DNA of 44,917 nt, counting the filler, from Catajapyx aquilonaris (Eukaryota): assembly GCA_000934665.2 (NCBI GenBank). It is 2 parts of 2 records of this genome, joined end to end, with 100 filler letters (N's around TTAATTAATTAA, not from the genome) between each part and the next. Parts side by side here need not be neighbours in the genome. Positions count along the whole stretch, not along the records: positions 22,503 to 44,917 come from JYFJ02005872.1; 1 more part is not named here. One strand, 5' to 3'. Each line of letters opens with the position of its first letter. Position 1 is the stretch's first letter. The position numbers were made by a program, and so were the translations under genes. Shown in pieces: positions 34,346 to 44,917 of the stretch. The notes beneath the pieces were generated by a model. That model was not told where the DNA came from. It worked only from the letters and a program-made list of their open reading frames with translations, and searched no databases.

Positions 34346-36659
34346 ATTACTCGACGTGAGGGCACTGAGGATAATTATTATATATTAACTGGTATAATCA
34401 GTGCAACTCTGATTTTTAAACAATTGATTATGCCCACTAATCAACTTTTCTTACTGTTCTGACTGGACTGTTCACCCTGTGTCTACGTGAAAGAAACAAT
34501 CATGTGCATATTAATAATATAAGTTAAATCTGTTTTGAAAAATAATTGCAACGAATGATTTGGCAATCCTATTCATTTCCATTTAATATCGCACCACTTT
34601 TGATATCATCATCTGCACTCTAAAGATCAAAGATATAATATCTTCTCATTAGGTAACTAAAATAACTTTTTTTATGAATACGTTTTATACTTTTTTCTGT
34701 AAAAGTGAAGAATCTTAAATGTGCTATATGGAATGCATATTAACTGACCAGGACAATTTGAAAATAAAGCAGAGCTATGATTAACCTACAAATGAATTCC
34801 TTTCTTATGTTATAGGCCTAAACCAAAATCGTTAGTATCGCATAGTGCCAATGCTTGACTATTGTATGGTAAGTATCTCAGTGACGTTGGTAGTGGTTCA
34901 TATGAGAAGACTGATAGTAATCCAGTGAGTTTAGCGAAGTCGATAGGTTTTTTGGGCTTTTGTGTCACAGCCTCTAAACTTGGTTCGGAGAATTATTGTT
35001 CAAGCTTCAAAGCTGCCGTGTAATATCTCTCGCCATCTCCGAGTGACAATGATTACAGTGCAAATATGGCATGAGGGGGTGGTAACTTAGATTGGCGCAA
35101 TTCACACACTGTTTGCAAAGAAAAATCGAGATAAAAATGTGGTCTACCCGTTTTTTCCTCAATTTTCCATTTTAAACATATTTTGCCTACTTCCCTCTGG
35201 TGAAACATTGTTCTATGTAGGCCTACAAAAAAACGTGGAATTTGAACTCGTTCTTCGGGAATAATGTGTGAAATAGGAAGGGGAGAATAAAAATTAATCC
35301 TGATTTGATCTAAGTACCAGTACCTTAGTAGAAATTTTAAGGATCACTGTAATCTGTAGCCTACCAGCAGTAGTTCATTAATCCCTCCCAGTGTTAGCAC
35401 GTGTATCTTCGTTTCAGACATCGCTTTTTTATACGTAACGAGTTTTCACATTACTATAAGATTTCCATTTCCCATTGAAGGATTGCACAAAAAATACACT
35501 ACCAGTTACAATGTTAATATTATCCTAGGTGTTTTTTCTCATCCCATATTCCAGCTCTCACCAGATAGTTCTGATGTTAAAATCTATTGTCCAACCGTAA
35601 TCATAGTATTCCAAGTAGTATTGCAAGAAAAATATAATTTTCCTCAGATTATCTCAGCAACTTCGTCCATTAAAAGTTTCAGTTGAAAGTTGAACTTAAA
35701 ACAAATGAAACCATTCCAGTCACTGGGGGACAAGGAGGGGTCATGATTTTATTATTTTCTCTACCACACAAGGTGTTCTAACAGTATTGTCAGTAGTGGC
35801 TGGCATATAGGTTATAAGTTATACCAAGTTTCAGAATACATATACTTTTTTTACAGGATAAACTTCCCTCCACTGGCCAACAAAGTTGATTCCACTCAAT
35901 AGTAGCAATATTTTGAAAGATAAAATGCCAAATATACATAAAAAAGTGGCTAATCTTTACAATAATCAGGTTGAACATCCTGATTAGAGACACGCTGCTT
36001 TGCCTCAGATTGGAGTCTATCACTTGGTATTATGAAACTAAAGAAACTCTCTGTCATTATACAATCGTAATTCTCCGATAAGATTCACTTTCACTTGATG
36101 CATCGCGTAAACTTTAGCTCGCGTGCATTTATTTCATGCTTGAGTGTGTCGCACACCATATTCTTCCTCTAAAGTTTAAAAAGTAAAATTACGTGGTTTC
36201 TTAATTTTACGTCCTTTTCTGCACAACACAAAAATAATGAAACATCCGTGATATAGAATTAGCAGGAGAAATCAGAAACCAGTGAGTCGAAATATCCTCT
36301 GCCACTTTCCTGAGAAATCCTACATAAAAAGGAATGACAACACTGACGATTTTGAAAAACCTACTCCGTGGAGAGGTTTTACTTAATCAGTGGTTTTACA
36401 TGAAAGCAGGTAAAGTATTTAAAGGAAGCCCCTGCAGTTTTGGTGTAGTAACAGTTGGACAATTTGTGCTTTGTAAATGCTGTGTTCGCGTTTCCATCAT
36501 CTCTAAATGGCAATTGCCTTAACTGTGATTTTTAATTATTTTATCAATTCAAATCTGACATTACATTTAGTACTTACTAAACCTACATGCGAACACGTGC
36601 GAGCATAATACAACAATATGCTAATACTAATATTACAAGCATGATGATCCAATAATAAT

Positions 36660-37005
36660 TGCATCCAGTGCTGAAATTTTTCGCACTTAGCTGCTTATTG
36701 TTAAGCAGTTACGCTCGCATACCTTTAGTGGTTATCAAAGGTGTTAGTTACTAATTTTAGGTTGTGTGTTGCCATTCGTATAAAGCCTGCAAAAATGGAT
36801 TATCTCATTGACGTTTGATGCCAATAATTGGCAACGGGCCATTATGTAATCTGAAATTCATTGCAATTCAGAGCTCGGGCATGTTAATTAACTTAATTCG
36901 GATAGATAACTTTTATCCGCTGGTACTTTTTATAACCACTAAAGTAACTATGCAAGAGTAATAAGCAGCTTAGGGAGAAAAATGTCGCAACAGCAATAGG
37001 ATAAG
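36660..37005. mobile_element. Degenerate MITE-like inverted repeat
   Basis: AGCTGCTTATT...CTTTAGTGGTTAT (~36690-36735) versus ATAACCACTAAAG...AATAAGCAGCT (~36932-36970). Confidence 0.55.
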
Positions 37006-38039
37006 TATTTTGAATCCCCCTGCATGTATAAATATAAACTGCAATTTGATGAAACCCCTAAGCCGTCACAGTTTCATGTTTCACACTAGTCTACCGCACC
37101 CGAACGGAAAGACAGACAAAAACCAGCGTCAAATGACCATCCTGCTCAGTAGCTCCATGCACACTTGCTGACGTACGTATCCGAAATCCTTCATGACAAT
37201 ATCCTGCAACTGGCAAGGTGTGGGTCATGCAACTCCAGTTCATCACACAAAGATCGTCTATCTCTTTCAAACTGCGCTCACGGTAGCGACATGCGAAATA
37301 ATAACCATTGTCAAACCGGTAAAAATGTAGCTCGTGTCCCATACATGCATCCGTCATACGATGTAACGTCTTTACCTGAATGAACTTCAAGCCACGTGGA
37401 TATATTTATGGCGTAGACTAATAATTATTTCTCGTCCTTACTATTGACGTGTTTTACACTGTTAAAGAATGTACATGTAAATTGTTATTAATTTAAGAGG
37501 GAAATATATTTGTTGTGAATTTCACTCGTATTTTAAACACAAGTTCTCCTTGAAGTACAAAGTATCGTCCTAAATTATATGGTGGAATGTTCACACAAGC
37601 TTCTCTCTCTGGGAATAATGGCCCGCTGCAATGCGTCACCATATTCATTAATCAGTACGTAAATTCAATTAGAAAAACCTGATTTACTAATAAAGTAGAT
37701 CTACACGTATATTGCTTCTTTCACACGTAGTACCTGAGGTCAGGTTTTACACCCATATTTACGTGAAATCAATAGATTCAATAAATATACGATATTGGCG
37801 AAATGCAAAATAAGGAGAAACATTAGGTGCTTTGTCCATGACCAGACTTGTATATAACCTCCATCTCAGCATTGAGCATGTCAGTTATTTTTAGCTATTA
37901 TCAAACATAGATTCATGCAGCTTTCTTTTACAGACACCGCTTGATGAAAGGGGAAGTAGAAATCATTGCACTCAATTTTTGGCTAGCCCTTCTGAAGGAA
38001 TATGTCATTATCAATACCAAGAATTAAGGAAACAACTAC

Positions 38040-38223
38040 GGCCGCCTATGCTAGGCGAATTGGTTTATTCCCATGTAGCCGCTGGGCCTACGATAGACCG
38101 GCCTTATCTGAGCCGTTGTCGGGCGCAGCCCAAGCCTTTTGGATTGGGTGGTCTACCTAAGGCGATGGCCTTGCTTAGGAAGCCTGGGTCAGGCCGATTT
38201 TTAGTCCCATGTAAACGTACTCA
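38040..38223. mobile_element. Possible Harbinger-like MITE end
   Basis: GC-rich stretch ending TCCCATGTAAACGTACTC, with a second TCCCATGTA inside; no partner end found. Confidence 0.35.
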
Positions 38224-39719
38224 GTGTGTTCGAGTTACAGCGCGCCGTAATTCTAACACAGTGTCACATGAGGCGGCTACCCGACCATAAAGCCCCAGTG
38301 CCAAATCTCATGTGACACTAGGGTCAGATTGCGCCGATAAGCATCTAAGCTTCTAGTGTGTAAAATGGCATATAACAAGTTTTCAGAGACTTGCCGAAGT
38401 AGTGATGTAGACGAAGCATCCAGTCACTAATCACCCATATCTTTTTCGCATGATTCTATCTGTGTACCGCCTTTCGCGCCATATACCTCTAGTACCTCTA
38501 GTGTAAATCTTTCGTTTATCTCGCAGACATAATCATGCATATTCATAATGGAGGATCAAGTGTGTATCAGTATAATGAAGTTACATGTAATGCCACGTGC
38601 GAAGTAATTGTAAATACAAACGAATACTACGCGCGAGTGTTACCCTGGTGGCCTGGTGCGTGGCTTACGCCTTTTCAGGCAAATAAAACGGCATTGAGCA
38701 CATGAGAAAGAGCGAACATTTGCTGTGCTTCAGGTGCACCATGCTAGTGCACTGCGTCAGAAGATGGTTTGCTTGCGTGGGCTGTTGGACCGAAGTCGAC
38801 ACGGAAAGCCAAGGTGGAGGTCAGCCAGCTCAAGCAACCCAACTCTGCCAAATATGATGGTTTAATATGCAAATATAAAAAGGTTTACCTTATGTTGGGC
38901 AGTGAAGAAATGTTAGGTGATCGCCGACCAATAAAACCGCCGAAAAAGTACATGCGGGCAGCTTCCCCTTGGCGGTGATCGCACGCGTAACCGCCACAGG
39001 AGTACGTAACGACAGCCACGGAACTATTGAGGCAGTTGACCGCGCGTTACAACCACTTCGGCGAGTGTCGGACAGACCGACCAACCTCCCGACCCACCGA
39101 CTTACTCACTGACTCTTAGTGACCACCGTCGGGAGGGAAAAAATAAATAAAATGGAAGCTCGTTTAGAAAGCTCGAGTTTTCCTTCACGCCAAACACGCG
39201 TGGGAACGAGCAGGCCGACGTCGACACATACGTGTATATACAGCCACTACGATACCGCATGAGAATATACGTAGAGGCTACTACTACAGTGCACCTTTCA
39301 TCCGCTGTTGGCCACTCACAACACTAGCCTGCTCCGTACCTTTTGCTGAAGCTCACTGGTACACCGAGGAATCACAATGGGTTGCGTGCTCACTGAACGT
39401 CAGCTCCATCCGACTAAATACTGTGGCATGTTCCCATTTTATTCGGGGTTATCTTTTGCATCCCTTGACACAATGGCAGGATTCTGCTTACTTATGCCAA
39501 CACCGCTCTTCTGTTAATACGTGCTATTATTGGACGCAAGAGTTTCTTGAATCACTTAAATGCCTGCAATATTAGTACAGACGAAACAATTATAGGGTAG
39601 CTCCAACTATTTTTCTGTTTATAAAAGGTGAGTCACTCAAATAGTTTGCGTCTGTTCTCCACTGGTCGGCCTGATCTTGCTCTCACAAAAGTATAGTTAT
39701 TGATTGTATGCGTACTGAT

Positions 39720-39834
39720 ATTGGGTGGAATTTTCGTCGTACTACTAGTTACTTTTAACTTAGCAGTACCAGTATAATGCAATGGTACTGCTAAGTTAAA
39801 AGTAACTAGTAGTATGACGAAAATTCCACCCAAT
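39720..39834. repeat. Near-perfect palindrome (fold-back mini-MITE)
   Basis: 52-bp arms (39720-39771 / 39783-39834), 1 mismatch, 11-nt loop. Confidence 0.9.
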
Positions 39835-40590
39835 GAGTCTATCTTGACAGTGGTCAGATCACCGTCCATACTAAACAGCTTTATCCACGATTGAAATGCA
39901 TGCATGCCAATACATAAGTTGTAGAGACAGCTAGTTTAAAATATTTCAAGAAATGACACAAAATTATTAACGCATGTTTGTTGGATGAGTAAGTTATTTG
40001 GTATCGAGCTCCTTTGTGTTATTTCGATAAATCGTGGCCTATTTGTTCAGTACCCTTCTGGCCTTCTGAGGGAATTGCAGTTCACAGTGTAGGCTACTGT
40101 GCAACGTACAACAATGAAAAGTATAGTTTATTTTCTGTAGAGCCACGTGAGGATAAGCAAGATGATAATTATATTGTTTCGTGTTTGATTGACATTTCCA
40201 TGTGATTTTTCTCTTAGTGTGCATCATAACACCAAAGCCTTGCCCTTACAGATATTTCAGATTTACTCACCAATTCAACAAGGCGAGTTGGCATTGCTCT
40301 CTACGCAAGTTCAAAGTTACGTGCCAAATCCTGGTGAAACCTGTGAGTTTCAACATATGTCTCACTATCTCGCTCCGTCATTATTTAGGATGTGTACACG
40401 TCATTATGCTATCTCCATATAGGCACACACGTTTCTTATTCAAACTGTGCAAAAAGTTTGCAATTGCACTAGTTCTTTGAAAAATCGAGAAATGTCTTTT
40501 GTAGTGTTGAGGTCGGCTAACTAATTCTACTACATTTCGAGTAGAATGTCACATTGGACAAAGGGCGTTCAATTGCAAGTTTCCCGTATA

Positions 40591-41001
40591 CAGGGTGAAG
40601 GGAAACTCGCGGACAATTGCCAGGTAGACTTATATACCATTCACCCCCCACCATATAATTTACACTTGTCCCTTTTTCCGTACCCCCAGAAAAGCATTTC
40701 TGCACAACTTGCCTACCTACCCCCCCGACCGTTTTCTGTCAATGCTTGCGGACATAAAACCAAAGAACAATCCTTCAACCTGAACAACTTCTTAGAAAAC
40801 GTAATCAAAATAATAGAACTGTGTGACTGAGTGAGGGGAGAGATTGGCCGACGGGAGAATTACGTGGATGTACTGTACATATGCAAAAAGAAACAAAAAT
40901 GAAAAAAAAAAATGTTCCGAGGTTTAGAGATGTATTCATGTAGCCTATAAGCGAAGGCGTTGTGTCCCCCTAAAAGGGCCCTGCCCTCCAATGGGGTATA
41001 A

Positions 41002-41032
<31 letters not shown>

Positions 41033-41733
41033 ATATAGTGCTCATAAAACTAATATATGGATGTGCAGTTAGTTTTGGGCACCGTCGCGCAGTTAATGCG
41101 TACGGCCAGGTACGGCGCATTTAAAGTGTAGAGGGGGTGAGGGGCGGATGGTAAAAGTCGAGGTCAAAACGACAAAGTGCACGGGCGTATTCGTACCCGG
41201 ATTCTTAATCTGACGGGATTTGATCACCTATTGCGCATGACGATGCGTTAGGGCTTAGGGGACCAAGGCAAGGGACCGGAGGCCCTCGAGCTGACTTTTG
41301 CTTACTCTCTCACTCGAGCGGTCCTCGTATCTGACTCGCATTTCTTGGTCGGACGGGTGCTTGGGAGAATATCCCACCCCCGTCCCTGGGTTGGACCCGG
41401 CATTGCAGTACAGCCCTCCTCTCCCCCACCCTTCTAACCCACCTCCTACCTTGCAAATTGCAATCCCACACCTTCCTCTCCTACCCCCGGCTGCCAAGGC
41501 TCGACTCAGAAAGAGCCATACAAGCTGGGTAACCCTTCCTACCAACCTTTTTCTTAGAAGCTGGCGGAACGGATGTGACGTCACGAAACTTTGACGGTGC
41601 CGTACGCATTAACTATGCAACGGATCCCAAAACTACGAATTCGTAATTGCACATCCATATACTGTATTGGTTTTACGAGTACCATCAGTCTACCAGGCGA
41701 TTCTCCACGAGTTTCCCTTCAGCCTTCACCCTG
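40591..41733. mobile_element. Tc1/mariner-type non-autonomous element with a nested insertion in its left arm
   Basis: TA-CAGGGTGAAGGGAAACTCG...GGTAGACT versus AGTCTACC...CGAGTTTCCCTTCAGCCTTCACCCTG-TA. The left arm resumes at ~41038-41106, inverted to ~41599-41685. Confidence 0.8.
40636..41035 (+). mobile_element. Probable truncated retroposon with a (TAAA)n tail nested in the MITE arm
   Basis: Interrupts the inverted-arm homology and ends in (ATAA)n at ~40998-41034. Confidence 0.55.
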
Positions 41734-42447
41734 TATAAAGCTGTGTTGATTTCGAACTGAACGTAGTTATAAAATTGCGGCAAAATTCACTTATAGGTCA
41801 GAACCACATTACAAGGTATAGCCTACACAATGGACCCGGGGAAGTTCAAAATTTTTATGCATTGCCAAAATTTTGGCCATTCAAAAGTGGTGGTTGCTGG
41901 CATTGGAGAAATCAGTGCCGTTTAATAGCTACTCTCCCAGAGAAAAATACGGTATATAGACTCTCTGTGTGTAGTAGATGATTGTACTGGGTGGTATATT
42001 TCAGCTAAATAGGCTACTAATCTTCAGGTAAAACTGATCAATGCAGGATGACTTTTTCTGCTACTAGAGCATGCAGTTGGCGTCAGAGAAGTGTAATGAA
42101 AGTAGAGGGTCTATCCAGGGAGAAAATGAACATAATTATACTGTACCTCTGTAGTACAGGTGAATATGCCGAGTGTTACTTTTTTGTATTTATAAGTTAA
42201 AAATTAATCATCTATTAAAAGCCTAAATAAATAAGGATGGTAACTTATTGCAAAAATTCATGACGATATATTGTAGGTTTTTCACAAATACTGTGTGAGC
42301 CTATACCTCCAAAATGTTTATTCTGGATTAATTCGAATTCTGTCATTGAAAGCCTGGTCTTCTCTTCTGAATCAACGTTCATTCACTAGTGCAAAATGAG
42401 GGTCCTATTTCTACACGTGCTATCATAGGAAGACCTCCGTTAATTAA

Positions 42448-42713
42448 CCCTGGAACCGTGGACCCCAAGGGGAAAAATGCATTAAAATGATCATTACAAT
42501 GAACTTTTGCCATTTTTTACAGTATATAACAGGAAGTGCAGGTTTATTTTGAATTAGGGATCATTTTAGGCGTTGTTCAAAGAATGATTGTATATAGTCA
42601 ATACATTGAAAAGTATTACATAATAATTAATAAAAATTAAAATATGGATGGGGTCCGAAAAGACCCCATGGCACGGTTGCCGTAATACTCGTAGGCACGG
42701 CACAGTTCCAGGG
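42448..42713. mobile_element. piggyBac-type MITE
   Basis: TTAA|CCCTGGAACCGTG ... CACAGTTCCAGGG|TTAA, with TSDs at 42444-42447 and 42714-42717. Confidence 0.9.
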
Positions 42714-42730
42714 TTAACTGGGAAAGACCT

Positions 42731-42859
42731 GTGCCCGATTGCAACAACCGAAATTACCGATCCGATAGCTCCTAATGGATCGTTAGGAAACCTTTTAACG
42801 TGTGCTAACGATCTGTTAAGAGCTATCGAATCGGTAATTTCATTGGTGCAATCGGGCAC
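42731..42859. mobile_element. Short palindromic MITE (Harbinger-like ends)
   Basis: GTGCCCGATTGCA...GAAATTACCGAT..GATAGCTC versus GAGCTATC..ATCGGTAATTTC...TGCAATCGGGCAC; ~55-bp arms. Confidence 0.8.
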
Positions 42860-43542
42860 TAGTATTGTACCCTGTACCTTTCTTTGGGTACAGGTCTGAT
42901 TGCTTCCATAGAGGGTGGTGAGCTCTAAACTGTAGGAAATAGTTTTATCACCTGGCATAATCCAACCCACATCGCTATACGTACCTATAGCATTATTTTG
43001 TCATTTTCATTGTCATATGTTTAAATCAGGCGTGGGCTTTAGACCACAGCTGAGGAATATGCCTTTTTTCACAAATTCTTAGTTTCATTACTACTGTAAT
43101 TCAGAGTTTCTGTATTATTACACCACATCTAGAAAGTAAGGTCTGTTTAGCTGTAGCTGTAAAATAAAGGTAAAATCAGAAGACGACTGGATATGACATA
43201 GAATGGGAAAGTGGATTGATTTCAAATCCAGGACAATCATAAATGTAATGCTTCCTTTACACTGCCAGGCATCTTCAACCTTCTTGTTGTTATGAAACCA
43301 TTTTGCCTCATGAGAAATAATTCTCATTAGAAAAGACGTGAAAAGCATCTGCCATGACTGTCTCCTCTAAAAAACCAACTCCCAAATTAACCATTTGGAT
43401 TTTGCAAAACGCACAGTAGGCCTAATTTTTTATCAATGCAGTAGCCTTTCATGAGTAGCATGGGAATTTCTAATAGCCCATATCTGCATTTCATATGATT
43501 TTTTTGAACCCAGACAGACAGAACATAATATAGGCTATATTT

Positions 43543-43800
43543 GGGGAGGCGAAGTGGCGCTGCGGTAAAGTATGCACCCACAGATGTTAAGGTCCTGGGT
43601 TCGATCTCAGCCCGGGGACACCCCCTTCATCTCGTGCAGAGTTGGGTCGTCTCTGGCTTCGTCTCGGGTGGAATTGCCTTAGACTAATCCACCCGGGGAG
43701 TTCACAAAATGACCAAGCTACGACATTGCACTTGCACTTTGCACATCCCCTCCTGTCATCCTGCACATGGGCCTGGGCGTTATGTAAAAAGGTTCCAATA
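43543..43800 (+). mobile_element. Second tRNA-derived SINE (different head, related central region)
   Basis: A box TGGCGCTGCGG (43555-43565), B box GGTTCGATCTC (43598-43608); shares GACATTGCACTTGCAC with the 34005 SINE. The 3' end is uncertain. Confidence 0.75.
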
Positions 43801-43834
43801 TATGTACGAGACAAAAATCAAGGTCTGTGTTATA

Positions 43835-44404
43835 CAGGGTGTTTCAGAGTCACGGGTCAAGCGCACGCGAGGGGGTGGGGAAATATCGTAGGTGGCGACT
43901 GTCCAGGTCGGTGTTATAAAACAATTAGAAATAAGGGAGTAATCAATTTATTTATTACGGCCGTACGGCGTGACGTCACATCCTACTTTCTGTTCGAATT
44001 GACTGGTGCAGACTGGCAAATGCATTGGGTTGAACCTGGTTGACGGGTTTTTAGCCTTGCAGGCTGCACTGAAAAAGGCACTCTTATGCTACACCGCCAG
44101 GGTACTGAACACACCACTGTAGGCTACAGTAGTACAGAGTACACTACTTTGTACACTACCCTACCGGTATAGCATGAGAGCAACCCGCAAGGCTAAAAAC
44201 CCGTCAACCAGGTTCAACCCAATGCATTTGCCAGTCCGCACCAGTCAATTCGAACAGAAAGTAGGATGTGACGTCACGCCGTACGGCTGTAATAAATAAA
44301 TTGATTATTCCCTTATTTATAATTGTTTTATAACACAGACCCGGGCAGTTGCCACCTACCCCACCCCCTCGCACGCGCTTGACCTGTGACTCTGAAACAC
44401 CCTG
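43835..44404. mobile_element. Tc1/mariner-type MITE with very long (~220-bp) TIRs
   Basis: TA-CAGGGTGTTTCAGAGTCAC ... GTGACTCTGAAACACCCTG-TA; arms 43835-44060 / 44187-44404. Confidence 0.92.
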
Positions 44405-44866
44405 TATACCTCTGATGAGGTCAAGCACTACCCGGATTATTATTATATAGCTATATTTGCCTTATAGGGACATGGACACCATGTAATGTCCAGTAGTGAT
44501 GGCTATCCGGAAATGATTTCCAGAACCAATTGCAGGGCATGTTGTGTCTGTAACCAAGTCACCCAATACTGCACAAATATTTTGTGCTGAACAGGTTGCA
44601 ACTACACGTGATAAAAATGCATTGATAATCCTGTAATAAATCCAAATGAAAGATACTGTACATAATGTGAACTGTATAAGTTTCAAGAGTATTCACTATG
44701 CACTGCATCAAGGATCTATTATGATTGTATAAGCAAGTTTCACTTTGACAATAATAATCTGAGTAGTGCTTTCATCCTTGAGGGTTACATCACACCATGG
44801 TACCGGACTCGTTGCCAAATTTTGGCAACACTGCTCGGCCCACCCACATCCACTTGGATGTAGGCC

Positions 44867-44917
44867 CAGTGGCGGATCTAGACCTCGTTGTTGTTGGGGG
44901 GGGGATTTGTCCCGCAC
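44867..44917 (+). mobile_element. Start of a hAT-like MITE running off the window
   Basis: CAGTGGCGGATCTAG followed by a G-run, a common hAT-MITE start; only one end is visible. Confidence 0.4.

Noticed and set aside
34841..35217. Possible CATAG...CTATG-ended element
   Set aside because: Only ~12 bp of imperfect terminal match and no TSD.
43642..44428. Two ORFs ending ...FELTGADWQMHWVEPG on opposite strands
   Set aside because: They are translations of the two long TIRs of the 43835-44404 MITE.

Overview
Metazoan-type (probably invertebrate), repeat-rich genomic DNA with no intact protein-coding gene that I can support. An artificial 100-bp spacer (44 N + TTAATTAATTAA + 44 N, 22403-22502) splits the window into two different halves that may not be adjacent in the genome. 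The LEFT half (~0.6-22.4 kb) is a patchwork: about a dozen degenerate non-coding modules recur 2-5 times, always in direct orientation and in shuffled order. Between them lie short (~90-700 bp) decayed fragments of unrelated transposon ORFs: Helitron/Helentron Pif1 helicase with a USP-like Cys-box, Helitron Rep HUH nuclease, RTE-like and other LINE ORF2 pieces, and Harbinger-like nuclease and Myb pieces. Every fragment I could recognise reads on the + strand, which also looks A-rich. In at least two places, paralogous module copies carry different or no inserts at the same slot. This suggests a TE-fragment-trapping locus, either a uni-strand piRNA-cluster-like region transcribed from the - strand or a large fragment-capturing non-autonomous Helitron; both readings are inference. 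The RIGHT half (22.5-44.9 kb) is ordinary intergenic or intronic DNA with many MITEs (Tc1/mariner-pogo, piggyBac, Harbinger-like), a HINE-type element, two tRNA-derived SINEs, a 5'-truncated minus-strand LINE and microsatellites. All protein calls are by-eye motif recognition, not database hits.
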